Origin: an uncultured Candidatus Saccharibacteria bacterium
Lineage (GTDB): Bacteria; Patescibacteriota; Minisyncoccia; Phycocordibacterales; PALSA-1337
Direction: 5' to 3'
Assembly: GCA_964412585.1 (NCBI GenBank)
Contig: CAYPPJ010000004.1
Coordinates: 9,825 to 73,824 of the forward strand
Length of the DNA: 64,000 nt
Shown: one piece after another, positions 1-9,190 of the stretch
Layout of the letters: each line of letters opens with the position of its first letter
Position numbering within the stretch: the stretch's first letter is position 1
The notes under the pieces: model-generated
The model's input: only the letters and a program-made list of their open reading frames with translations
Told to the model about the DNA's origin: nothing
Database searches by the model: none
Position numbers and translations under genes: made by a program

Positions 1-400
1 CAGGAACATTGATAGTCACGGAAATGCGAGCTTTGTGTCCGTGAGGAATATCGATGCTCGTCGTCGATATGCGGAGTGAATCGCGGAGTGAATACGGACC
101 GCGATCATTACCAAGCAACATGACTGGACGCTGCAAGTCGCGAGACCCTTTGAAGTCTTCTTCGACTAACGTGAATGTCTTGTCAAAGCCGAGACGGTTT
201 GAAACACTCAATTGAAACGTCCTCGATTCTCCTGGACTCATCTCAACGTCGATCTTTCCTGGACCAACAACGAAGTCTTTGTATGCCACGTTGTCAGGCA
301 ATGCCTCCATGGATACTTGCGCATGCGCAGGAATACTGACGGCACAGATCATCGCAATCGTGAACAGAGCTATCTGAATGTATCTTGAAGTTAGGGACAT
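1..400 (-). CDS. Secreted DUF916/WxL-interacting-like protein (N-terminal part; runs off the window edge)
   Basis: Not in the ORF track. Manual translation from ATG at 400: MSLTSRYIQIALFTIAMICAVSIPAHAQ (signal peptide) ...FVVGPGKIDVEMSPGESRTFQLSVSN...IPHGHKARISVTINVP, an Ig-like pattern resembling DUF916. Starts 1 nt after the WxL-like gene. Confidence 0.6.
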   Translation of the reverse strand, partial: MSLTSRYIQIALFTIAMICAVSIPAHAQVSMEALPDNVAYKDFVVGPGKIDVEMSPGESRTFQLSVSNRLGFDKTFTLVEEDFKGSRDLQRPVMLLGNDRGPYSLRDSLRISTTSIDIPHGHKARISVTINVP

Positions 401-401
401 G

Positions 402-1088
402 TTAGTTAACTGTTGCCGTCAGTGTAGTCGTGGCGACATAAGTATCATCCGGAATCACAGGACTTGGGTTCGGCATAATCTTCACGCGGAACTTGAGCGT
501 GGTTGTCGCACCCGAGGCTGGAGTCTGGTAGTTACGGTTGATAATCGTAAGCGGAGTTGAGGTTGCACCAACCCAGCAGGCATTCGCGGTATCGTTTGAA
601 CCAGTACCACACGCACCCGCGTTGTTATCCTTGAAGAGAGCTGGCAGATCTGATGTAGTCGACGCCTCCACGGTATAGCCAAAGTACGCCCTATTTGTTG
701 GGACGTTGAAGTTATAGTCCGCCGCGAATGATGACGATGTCGCGTAGGCTGGAATGTAGTTCGTTGAACTCGCGTTTCCAATCATGCCGAGCGATGAGCT
801 CGCGGTCAGCGTCATGGTGTAGCCGAGGTGATCGTTCGTCTGAACAATGACCTGGGTGCCGCCATCAGATGTACCTCCAGTAATACCTCCCAACGATGGG
901 CTCAGTATCACGTTCGAGGCCGGTGTGCTGAATGAGACCTCTGAGGTAATCGTTTGAGAGATAGTGAACTGGCTTGTGGCCGTCGTAGCACTCAAACTGA
1001 TTGCCGGTTCAGCAAGCAAGAAAAGAACAGCTACAATGAGGAGCGCTGTGAATCCTTGGCGAACTGAACTGTTTATAAGCTTAATCAT
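402..1088 (-). CDS. Secreted Thr/Ser-rich beta-sandwich surface protein, WxL-domain-like
   Basis: Likely ATG at 1088 (MIKLINSSVRQGFTALLIVAVLFLLAEPA, signal peptide). Motifs VQTNDHLGYTMTLTA and C-terminal DTYVATTTLTATVN resemble WxL-like proteins. The longer track ORF overlaps the upstream gene. Confidence 0.6.
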   Translation of the reverse strand: MIKLINSSVRQGFTALLIVAVLFLLAEPAISLSATTATSQFTISQTITSEVSFSTPASNVILSPSLGGITGGTSDGGTQVIVQTNDHLGYTMTLTASSSLGMIGNASSTNYIPAYATSSSFAADYNFNVPTNRAYFGYTVEASTTSDLPALFKDNNAGACGTGSNDTANACWVGATSTPLTIINRNYQTPASGATTTLKFRVKIMPNPSPVIPDDTYVATTTLTATVN

Positions 1089-1182
1089 ATATTTTTTATG
1101 TGTTAATAATTTTCGACCAAACTGAAACTTTCGTTTCAGTGGACTGAACCCTTCGAATAAGGTCCAACCCACCAGCACGAAA

Positions 1183-2235
1183 TCACGGCGAACTGCCGTT
1201 TGTTTTGTCGCCAGATTTGATTGGAACAAGAACGTACATGAAGTCTTTGCCGCTCGACTTGCGGAAGACTGGAGTAATAACACCTGCGGTTCCACTCTGA
1301 TCAGGATGGACCGCTACGTCATCAGAAAATGTATTGCGAAGCTGTTCTGTGCGCGCAGCATCCTGTGCCGCATCTCCTGTCGAAGGAGCAACAACCATGC
1401 CGTACTCTGTGCCGTGGACAGAAATAGGATCAACCGTACGAACAGTAAGATCGCGGCTCTTGATGATGCGCGCAACAACAGCCTCGTATTGCTGTTCAAA
1501 AAAAGCAACGATGGCTTGTGCTGTCGAATAGACACCGGCCACTGATGAGTTGTTGACCGCAACATTTCCCGCACCACCAATGTATGAGATCGTCATTGAT
1601 GCGACAAAAATGAAAACGACTATAAAAGCCAGCGTCAAAACTGAAGTTCGAATCGGGTGAGAAATTTTTTCACCCTGAGCAGCAGCGCGTAATGTCGAAC
1701 GCGAGACCGTCGGATATGGTGAGAGAACAGCTTTAGAAGATTTTGTACTTACTGGTGACTGGCGAGAAAGTTTTCGGAACTCAGCCTCACGCTGTTCCTG
1801 TTCAATCTTGCGCATATGAGCAAAGACCGACTGCTCAGTCACGAACCAAGTATGACCGATCATCTTTGCATCGAGTTTGCCTGAACGACAGAGCTGCCCT
1901 ATGTAGTCAGCGGAATATCCGGACATCTCTGCAGCACGTCGTGCTGAGATCCTACCAACTTCGTCAGATGAAGTATCCTCATCTACACCCGTTTTGCTCG
2001 AGGATAATTTCTTGAAGTTTAATGCCCTGTTTTTGAAGGATTCAGCAGAGGCTGAAATGGCCTGGTGAGCAACTAAAGACTCCTCAGTTATGAACCAGGT
2101 GTGACCAAACATTTTTCCGTCCAATTTTCCTGCTCGACAAAGCTGTCCGATGTAGTCAGAAGAATAATCCGAGACTTTGGAAGCTCGTTTAGACGAGATG
2201 TATTTTTTACCTTGAAAAATAACGGTATGTTTCAT
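1183..2235 (-). CDS. Membrane-anchored protein with two tandem excisionase/MerR-like (HTH_17-type) domains
   Basis: Two repeats (YISSKRASKVSDYSSDYIGQLCRAGKLDGKMFGHTWFITEESL and RISARRAAEMSGYSADYIGQLCRSGKLDAKMIGHTWFVTEQSV), then one TM helix (SVLTLAFIVVFIFVASMTISYIG). Confidence 0.75.
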   Translation of the reverse strand: MKHTVIFQGKKYISSKRASKVSDYSSDYIGQLCRAGKLDGKMFGHTWFITEESLVAHQAISASAESFKNRALNFKKLSSSKTGVDEDTSSDEVGRISARRAAEMSGYSADYIGQLCRSGKLDAKMIGHTWFVTEQSVFAHMRKIEQEQREAEFRKLSRQSPVSTKSSKAVLSPYPTVSRSTLRAAAQGEKISHPIRTSVLTLAFIVVFIFVASMTISYIGGAGNVAVNNSSVAGVYSTAQAIVAFFEQQYEAVVARIIKSRDLTVRTVDPISVHGTEYGMVVAPSTGDAAQDAARTEQLRNTFSDDVAVHPDQSGTAGVITPVFRKSSGKDFMYVLVPIKSGDKTNGSSP

Positions 2236-2590
2236 GTGTCTCGTTTATAATTATAACTGACTTTCGCTCAAAAAAATCCGCAGAAATTCTGTGGACAACT
2301 GATACATGGATCTCAAAAAAATGGTATTATATTTTCAGTTCGAAAGGAGCGAAAAATGACCTCAATTTCAGTTTAGAACGACCTAAGTACCATCTTTTTT
2401 GAGAAAAATGAATTTTTTTCTAAAAAATCACCAAAAAACGAAATCCATTTTGAGCCATTTTAAAACTTTTTATTTAGGCTTTAAATTAATTATTAAATAA
2501 CATTATAAACCTTATAAATATTGATATTTATTGCTATATAATACTATTTAATTTATAATGTATAGTAAGGTTTAATAATCTTTAAAATAT
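2236..2590. promoter_or_regulatory. AT-rich divergent promoter region between two HTH genes
   Basis: Very AT-rich 2400-2590. TATAAT on the minus strand upstream of 2235. Inverted pair AAACCTTA (2507-2514) / TAAGGTTT (2566-2573). Confidence 0.55.
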
Positions 2591-2839
2591 ATGGACATCA
2601 CCAACATAAAACTTATAACCATCCAGCAGGCAGCCAAGATTTTAGGTGTTACGCCACTGACTCTTCGCAACTGGGACAATAGTGGCAAGTTCGAGGCCTC
2701 AAGACACCCTATCAATAACTATCGGGTCTACAAGCTTGCTGACATAGAGAAGCTCCTTATGGAGATCGAGGCAAGCAAAGGTAAGCGTCCTAACAAGAAG
2801 CAGGTCCGTAAGCTGGTAGTACAGCACCTGGAGGCATAG
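2591..2839 (+). CDS. Small MerR-family (BldC-like) HTH DNA-binding protein
   Basis: LITIQQAAKILGVTPLTLRNWDNSGKF...RHPINNYRVY matches the MerR HTH pattern; no effector domain. Confidence 0.85.
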   Translation: MDITNIKLITIQQAAKILGVTPLTLRNWDNSGKFEASRHPINNYRVYKLADIEKLLMEIEASKGKRPNKKQVRKLVVQHLEA

Positions 2840-2936
2840 GTTACTAGAATATTTTTAGGCAATAAAAATAAGGGTTTGGTGAGATTGTCGAAGCGGAGAA
2901 ATACCTGTAAACTTGAGTAATTACTGAAGCACTAGT

Positions 2937-4406
2937 ATGGACCAAAAATATATTCCCACAATTGGTTTAGAAATTCATGCAGAGCTCAAGACAGCTTCCA
3001 AGATGTTTTGTGCCTGCAAGAATGATCCTGATGAGGAAAAGCCAAATGCAAATGTCTGTCCGATTTGTTTGGGCAACCCCGGCACACTCCCTGTTCTCAA
3101 CATGAAGACTATCGAGCACGTGCTCAAGGTTGGCGTCGCTGTAAACGGCAAGCTCGCTGATTTTACTGAGTGGGATCGTAAAAATTATTTTTATCCCGAT
3201 ATTCCAAAGGGCTACCAAATCAGTCAGTACAAGTACCCCCTCGTCTCCGACGGTGAGCTCGCTGGTGTCGCGCTCGAACGTATTCATTTGGAAGAAGACA
3301 CGGCACAGTCGACTCACGACACGCATCACAAAAGTTTGGTGAACTTCAATCGAGCAGGTGTACCGTTGATGGAGCTCGTGACGAAGCCCGTCATTCATGA
3401 TGCCGCAACTGCAGTTCGTTTTGCAAAAGAACTTCAGTTGCTCCTCCGTTACCTCGGTGCCGGTGAAGCCAACATGGAAAAGGGCGAGATGCGAGTTGAG
3501 GCAAACATTTCTGTCGCCTCCCCTGCTGATACTGCTGCAAGTAAGTTTGGTACAAAAACAGAAGTTAAAAATCTAAACTCATTCCGTGCTGTCGAACGTG
3601 CGATTGAGTTCGAGATCGAGCGTCAGACCGCAATGCTTGAGTCTGGTGAAAAGGTCGCGCAAGAGACGCGTGGTTGGGATGATGGTGCCAACGAGACGTA
3701 CTCACAGCGAAGCAAGGAGAGTTCACACGACTACCGCTACTTCCCCGATCCTGATATACCAAAACTCAAACTTTCTGAGGTTGCTGCATTTTCAGTTGAT
3801 ACGTTGAAAAAAGAGCTCCCAGAACTTCCATGGGCAAAACGTGAGAGATACAAGAATGATTATGCGATGACGGACAAGGAGGTTGCGGTGTTTGTGGAGA
3901 CACCTGAGCTCGCAATTTACTTTGAGTCGATCATTTCTGTGTTCAAGGGTGACTCAAAAGCTATAAAGTTGGCTACAAATTATCTTCTCACAGACTATCT
4001 GAAGCTCGTAAAGGATGTTGTTGATGCTTCTGCGGGCACCAAAACGGACTATTCATCTATCTTGAATACTGTTAGCCCCGCTCAATTTGCTGAACTTATC
4101 GGTATGATTGCAGCTGGAGATATCAATTCCCGTGGTGCAAAAGATATTTTGGGCATGATGTTCAAAGAAAAAGACGCCTCAGCTAAGCAACTCGCAGAGA
4201 AACATAACCTTATCCAGAAGAGTAACGCCGATGATCTTATTCCTATTATTGAGAAAATACTTGTGGATAATCAAAAGGCCGTTACCGAGTACAAGGCCGG
4301 CAAGCTCGCTTCCCTACAGTTCCTCACTGGTCAGGCCATGAAGGCCACAAAGGGTGCGGGCAATCCGGAGGTGGTGAAGAAAATACTGTTGGAAAGACTT
4401 GGGTAA
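2937..4406 (+). CDS. gatB: Asp-tRNA(Asn)/Glu-tRNA(Gln) amidotransferase subunit B
   Basis: IGLEIHAEL, DRKNYFYPDIPKGYQISQ, RIHLEED, NRAGVPLMELVT, DYRYFPDPD motifs. Confidence 0.98.
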   Translation: MDQKYIPTIGLEIHAELKTASKMFCACKNDPDEEKPNANVCPICLGNPGTLPVLNMKTIEHVLKVGVAVNGKLADFTEWDRKNYFYPDIPKGYQISQYKYPLVSDGELAGVALERIHLEEDTAQSTHDTHHKSLVNFNRAGVPLMELVTKPVIHDAATAVRFAKELQLLLRYLGAGEANMEKGEMRVEANISVASPADTAASKFGTKTEVKNLNSFRAVERAIEFEIERQTAMLESGEKVAQETRGWDDGANETYSQRSKESSHDYRYFPDPDIPKLKLSEVAAFSVDTLKKELPELPWAKRERYKNDYAMTDKEVAVFVETPELAIYFESIISVFKGDSKAIKLATNYLLTDYLKLVKDVVDASAGTKTDYSSILNTVSPAQFAELIGMIAAGDINSRGAKDILGMMFKEKDASAKQLAEKHNLIQKSNADDLIPIIEKILVDNQKAVTEYKAGKLASLQFLTGQAMKATKGAGNPEVVKKILLERLG

Positions 4407-4417
4407 TCGACGCTTGT

Positions 4418-4858
4418 ATGCTTATTACAGAACAAAAACTTGTCGTACGATCTCGAGGCATCATTATACATGACGAAAAATTATTGACTGTAAAACACGC
4501 CCCCAATAGCGCATTCTACGCTTTACCAGGAGGACATATTGAACATGGTGAAGACCCGAGAGAATGCATGGCACGTGAGCTAGAGGAGGAACTGGGAATT
4601 CGGGGACAGGTTGGTAGACTACTTTATGTAAATACTTTTATGGATAGTGGTATCCACTCTGTAGAATTCTTCTTTGAAATTATCAATTCTGCTGCATATG
4701 CTGGTATGGAACGAGCCACAGGCCTTCTCGGCAAAGAGATCCACGAGGTACGATGGATTGGTCCAACGGAAAACGTACGTATTCTGCCTTCTAAAATTGA
4801 TACGGACCTACGAGATGCCACGCTACTTTCTGACTCGGTCAGGTTCATCAAGGGTTAG
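4418..4858 (+). CDS. NUDIX hydrolase
   Basis: Nudix box PGGHIEHGEDPRECMARELEEELG. Confidence 0.9.
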   Translation: MLITEQKLVVRSRGIIIHDEKLLTVKHAPNSAFYALPGGHIEHGEDPRECMARELEEELGIRGQVGRLLYVNTFMDSGIHSVEFFFEIINSAAYAGMERATGLLGKEIHEVRWIGPTENVRILPSKIDTDLRDATLLSDSVRFIKG

Positions 4859-5826
4859 CCCTTCAACCTCTTCACCAACTCCTCACCAAGCTTCTTGATC
4901 GAAGCATCATCGAGCACAGTCACTTCGAGCATATCCTCGCCGTACTTTTTAAGCGTCTTTCGTGCTGCCTTTATTTTCTTTTCATCTACCATATCAGTTT
5001 TCGTCAGAATAATAACTTCCTGTTTATCTGGGAGCCCTTCGCCATATTTTTCCAGTTCACGGCGCACTGTGAGATATGCCTCCTTCACGTCTTCATTTTC
5101 CAATGAAACAAGGTGCAGCAACACCTTCGTGCGCTTCACGTGACGCAGGAATTTGTGCCCGAGACCCTTCCCTTCGGAAGCGCCCTCAATAAGTCCTGGA
5201 ATGTCAGCGAGGATATAGCCTCCACGGAGAGCGCCGAGGTTTGGATCGAGTGTCGTAAAAGCGTAGCTGCCCACCTTTGCATGAGCAGACGTGAGTGCAT
5301 TCAACAGGCTAGATTTGCCAGCATTCGGCAGTCCTATAAGGCCCGCGTCAGCAATCAAGTTCAAGTCCACCTTAAAATCTGCCTCTTCACCTGCCATACC
5401 ATCGGTTGATTGCTCCGGCTTTACATTGGTAGAAGCTTTGAAATGTTCATTACCCAAACCCCCACGGCCACCATGAAGAATCTTGGAGACCTGACCATCC
5501 TCCACCAATTCAACAACTCGGCTTGATGAGAGATTCGTCACGATAGAGCCTATAGGCAGATCGACGTACTTATCTTCACCCGCCTTTCCCTGCATACTCC
5601 AATTTGCACCATCAACACCATCAGTCGCCTTAAACTGTTTGACCGATTTGTGGCGTGCGAGAATATTGATATCGCGGACGGCACGAACGTAGACATCCCC
5701 GCCTGGTCCGCCATTGCCTCCAGCAGCACCCGCAAATTCTTTGCCCTTTTCATGGCGCCATCGAACAACGCCGGTGCCACCGTCGCCAGCTTTCGCATGG
5801 AACTGTAATTCGTCTATAAATGCCAT
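4855..5826 (-). CDS. obgE: GTPase Obg/CgtA (no C-terminal OCT domain)
   Basis: Gly-rich N-terminus AGDGGTG, G1 GLPNAGKS, YAFTTL, DIPGLIEGAS, GLGHKFLRH, TKTD. Confidence 0.97.
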   Translation of the reverse strand: MAFIDELQFHAKAGDGGTGVVRWRHEKGKEFAGAAGGNGGPGGDVYVRAVRDINILARHKSVKQFKATDGVDGANWSMQGKAGEDKYVDLPIGSIVTNLSSSRVVELVEDGQVSKILHGGRGGLGNEHFKASTNVKPEQSTDGMAGEEADFKVDLNLIADAGLIGLPNAGKSSLLNALTSAHAKVGSYAFTTLDPNLGALRGGYILADIPGLIEGASEGKGLGHKFLRHVKRTKVLLHLVSLENEDVKEAYLTVRRELEKYGEGLPDKQEVIILTKTDMVDEKKIKAARKTLKKYGEDMLEVTVLDDASIKKLGEELVKRLKG

Positions 5827-5827
5827 A

Positions 5828-6916
5828 TTAGTGAATTACCGAGTCGTTATTAGTTTTTTGCTCTGTTCGTATATCAGTAAATGATGTGCGGTAAAGCTCA
5901 AGCAAGGTAAACAATACGACGAGAATGACTGGGCCCAGGACAAGGCCTACGATGCCAAAGGTGATCAAACCTCCCAATACTGAAAGCAGAACGAGGAATG
6001 GGTGGATATGGATGCCGCGATTCATAAGTACCGGGCCGAGCATATGATCGATGAGGGTAACTGCGGCATAGCCCCAGATGAGCATGCCAACTGCATACAT
6101 TGGTGTACCAGATATATAGAGATACGCAGCTGCGGGTAGCACCACGAGACTGGTACCAAATCCAGGGATCAATGCTGTAATAGCCGCGAGCGTTCCCCAC
6201 AATGCGGGAGCCGGTATGCCAAATGTGTAAAACGCCAATCCAAGAACGACTCCCTCAAGCAAACTCACCACCATTGTGCCAGCAAACACTGAGCGGACCG
6301 CGCGTTTGAACACTCGAGTGATGTATTCGTCATTACTATCCAAAAGTGGACTCCAGGAAATAAACATCTTTTTGAGGATGGAGCCGTCACGCAAGAAGTA
6401 ATAGAAGGACAAAAGAAACACCAAGGCATATCCAGCTACTTTCGTCATGCTTGAAAAGATACTATCGAGGTTGTCGAAGACCCATTCCAAAGCGGTCTTG
6501 AGGTATTCAGTGATGTTGAATGAGTCAAAAGAATATGCAGGCAGAGCTCCGAAGACCGCTTGCGACATTGACTGTGAAAAGGCATTGAGACTCGTCACTA
6601 CATGCGAACGATTTGTCTCGTCGATAAGCATGCCGTAGAGCAACTGGACTTCAGCGTATACGCTCGCCACAAGGAAAAATAGAGGTACAAGAATGACGAT
6701 GGCGACAATGACTACTGTGGCTATTGCCGCTAGTGACGGTCCAAATCTGCCATGACCGAATACGCGGAGCATCAGACGGAATAGTGGGCGAAGCACGATT
6801 GCTCCAGCCAAAGCGAGAACCAGTGGTGTCAGGAATGGTAAAAAGATGAGCACCGTGGCGACCACTGCCCCCAAGAGAAGTATGAAGAAAAAGTAAGCGG
6901 ATATACGAGGATTCAT
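5828..6916 (-). CDS. AI-2E family transporter
   Basis: Multi-TM; FYYFLRDG and IHPFLVLLSVLGGLITFGIVGLVLGP motifs. Confidence 0.9.
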   Translation of the reverse strand: MNPRISAYFFFILLLGAVVATVLIFLPFLTPLVLALAGAIVLRPLFRLMLRVFGHGRFGPSLAAIATVVIVAIVILVPLFFLVASVYAEVQLLYGMLIDETNRSHVVTSLNAFSQSMSQAVFGALPAYSFDSFNITEYLKTALEWVFDNLDSIFSSMTKVAGYALVFLLSFYYFLRDGSILKKMFISWSPLLDSNDEYITRVFKRAVRSVFAGTMVVSLLEGVVLGLAFYTFGIPAPALWGTLAAITALIPGFGTSLVVLPAAAYLYISGTPMYAVGMLIWGYAAVTLIDHMLGPVLMNRGIHIHPFLVLLSVLGGLITFGIVGLVLGPVILVVLFTLLELYRTSFTDIRTEQKTNNDSVIH

Positions 6917-6964
6917 TAATACTACATTACCACAACTTTAGAGATATGTGAACTTTCGAGAAGT

Positions 6965-7462
6965 TTATCCAAGCGTATTCACCTCGACAAGCTCTTGTTT
7001 CAGTATTTTTGCAGAATATTCAGCGGTAGAAGGCTTGTCAAAAAGAAAGGTCCCTTTAAATCGCTTACCTTGGAGAAAGAGTGGTATCCAATGAATATCA
7101 TCAGACCACATCTGTTCAAAAGGTATCTTATCTGTCGTGAACCACTGCGGACGCATTTCTTCGCTCTCAGTAGGTTTGCCGCTGAATTGAGTGACGCTAA
7201 AAATGTGTACTTCCAATATTTTTGGGTCATTCTCAAACTCAAAGTTGAGCACGCCACGTTCTTCTAGATCAAGCGGCGTGATACCAACCTCTTCTTTCAT
7301 CTCTCGTATAGCCGCCTGTTCAATAGTCTCTCCGTCGCCCAGTTTACCGCCAAATCCATTCCATCTTCCCTCTCCAAAGCCACGTTTCTTCATGCCAAGA
7401 AGAAGCTTATTATCTTGGTGAACCATGCACAGGGTCAAAGGTTTTATTTTCTTTGGTTCCAT
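6965..7462 (-). CDS. NUDIX 8-oxo-dGTP diphosphatase, MTH1/NUDT1-like
   Basis: LLGMKKRGFGEGRWNGFGGK, AAIREMKEEVG, EEMRPQWF, MWSDD. Confidence 0.92.
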   Translation of the reverse strand: MEPKKIKPLTLCMVHQDNKLLLGMKKRGFGEGRWNGFGGKLGDGETIEQAAIREMKEEVGITPLDLEERGVLNFEFENDPKILEVHIFSVTQFSGKPTESEEMRPQWFTTDKIPFEQMWSDDIHWIPLFLQGKRFKGTFLFDKPSTAEYSAKILKQELVEVNTLG

Positions 7463-7473
7463 AGAAAGTGAGG

Positions 7474-8568
7474 CTATTTAGTAAATACACCTTTTGGTAG
7501 CTCTCCATTCAGTATAGGACCTATAATAACTTTGGCAGTCCGCAGTCCGACATCATTGAACGTAATCTCTCCACTGGCACCAGAAGTGTTTGTGTTCTGG
7601 ATATTCTCAAGCCATTTCTTTGCGTCTGAGTCGTACGCTTCCATGAGAGTATTAAATGAATCGTATCCGGTAGATGCTCCAATGCCAGGGTCACTTCCAT
7701 ATTTATTTTTATATGCAGTCACAAATTCGGAAGTATCCTTATCTCCCCCAGTAACCATAGCAATCGACCCATCAAGGACACCAAAGCTCCCAAGCACATC
7801 TTTTATCTCCTTCTCGCCTGTCTGTATATCTTGATCAAATACAAATACAAGAGGCGATTTTGACTGTTTCTGTGCTTCTTTGACTATAAGAGCAGCATGC
7901 TGTGGAACAGTATATAAAACAATAGCGTCAGGTTTATTGGCAAGAATTTTTAACACGTCTGTCCTGACATCCTTGCTCGCCGAGTCGACTGGGAAAGTCA
8001 CCACCTTTCCTTCATATCCCTTCATAAAAGAGTTGGCAAAATTGCTCCATGTCTCAATATTTTGAGCAATAATTACGGCTACATTTTTGTAACCTTTATC
8101 TTTCACATATGCACCAAGCTGGGCTTCTGTAGGGATGCCGCTTGGCCACAATTGAAAAATATTATCTTTTTCTGCAGCCTTGCTTTGCTCAAAGCCTTGA
8201 ATAAAAGGCTTTCCTGACTGGTGTATAAGATCGTACGCAACATCAACAGTGATAGTAGTCATACTAATGAAAGCGTCGACCTTGTCGACCGATGCAAGTT
8301 TCTGGTATGCAGAAAGGCCCCTTTTCGCGTTGAACTCATCATTCTCGACAATAAGATTTACTGAAGGGTTTGGATGTGCTACAACCCATTGTTCTTTGGC
8401 CAATTCAACCCCTTTATTGTAATTCTCACCAACGATCGCATAATCACCTGTCGTCCCTGAAATTACTCCGATTTCAATGATAGATACATTAGTTCTGTTT
8501 CGTACAAAATAGATTCCAACAATTATTATTACAACTCCAATAACTACTAATGCTATTTTTTTATTCAT
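7474..8568 (-). CDS. Branched-chain amino acid-type (LivJ/K-like) solute-binding protein with N-terminal membrane anchor
   Basis: IGVISGTTGDYAIVGE..KGVELA, ENDE, FVTAYKNKYG..PG...GYD, GASGEITF; N-terminal TM helix. Confidence 0.8.
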   Translation of the reverse strand: MNKKIALVVIGVVIIIVGIYFVRNRTNVSIIEIGVISGTTGDYAIVGENYNKGVELAKEQWVVAHPNPSVNLIVENDEFNAKRGLSAYQKLASVDKVDAFISMTTITVDVAYDLIHQSGKPFIQGFEQSKAAEKDNIFQLWPSGIPTEAQLGAYVKDKGYKNVAVIIAQNIETWSNFANSFMKGYEGKVVTFPVDSASKDVRTDVLKILANKPDAIVLYTVPQHAALIVKEAQKQSKSPLVFVFDQDIQTGEKEIKDVLGSFGVLDGSIAMVTGGDKDTSEFVTAYKNKYGSDPGIGASTGYDSFNTLMEAYDSDAKKWLENIQNTNTSGASGEITFNDVGLRTAKVIIGPILNGELPKGVFTK

Positions 8569-8577
8569 AAGGAAAGT

Positions 8578-9018
8578 CTACCTCTTGCTCACATATTCCT
8601 CAACCCCCTTCAACCACCCGCCAGTGAAGTAATCAGCTGGCTTGAATGTCTTCAACTCAACCCATTCATGCTTCTCATGATTTTTCCCTAATGCAATAGC
8701 TCCACCCTTATATTGAGCAGAATATCCAATAGCAAAAATACGCCTCTTCTGTTTATCCCCTGTAGAAAGAATTTCGTCACGTTCATGCCTCATAAAAACT
8801 ACTGGTTTGCCTAGAGCATACTTCACATCTGGACCAAGCTCTTCTGCCATCTTACGCGCAACAACCTGTTCGAGAGGCACATCAAAATCATTCTCACGTA
8901 ATCGCCCGCCAGGGATATCCCAGTCGCCAAAACGATCCTTAGTTATGAGCAAATTGCCTTTATTATCTTCAAGGAATACTTTTACCGCTACGAAATAAAC
9001 GTCTTTTGATTGATTCAT
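8578..9018 (-). CDS. NUDIX hydrolase
   Basis: WDIPGGRL...VVARKMAEELG variant Nudix box. Confidence 0.85.
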   Translation of the reverse strand: MNQSKDVYFVAVKVFLEDNKGNLLITKDRFGDWDIPGGRLRENDFDVPLEQVVARKMAEELGPDVKYALGKPVVFMRHERDEILSTGDKQKRRIFAIGYSAQYKGGAIALGKNHEKHEWVELKTFKPADYFTGGWLKGVEEYVSKR

Positions 9019-9031
9019 GCTAAGTACTTAA

Positions 9032-9190
9032 TTATGTAAACCTATTCCCCTTCCCACACCACGGACACCACCACTGTTTCTTTTTTGCTGGAGCATCACC
9101 TACTGACCACCACTTATCACAGTGGACACAGCGGAAATGACTGAGTTGTTCGATGGATCTCGTACCCTGTTTTTTACTTTTTTTCACCAT
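9032..9190 (-). CDS. Small Trp-rich zinc-ribbon protein (52 aa)
   Basis: ATG at 9190; CVHC and CPWC pairs (HFRCVHCDKWW...WWCPWCG); fills the gap in the operon. Confidence 0.65.
   Translation of the reverse strand: MVKKSKKQGTRSIEQLSHFRCVHCDKWWSVGDAPAKKKQWWCPWCGKGNRFT

Noticed and set aside
1089-1295. N-terminal extensions in the ORF track (also at 35665, 50289, 52337, 58044, 59125)
   Set aside because: They overlap neighbouring genes or promoters; downstream ATGs fit family N-termini and -10 spacing better.
2236-2590. Possible oriC (AT-rich, TTGTCCACA at 2290-2298)
   Set aside because: Only one imperfect DnaA box, no dnaA/dnaN nearby and no lasting switch in gene orientation.
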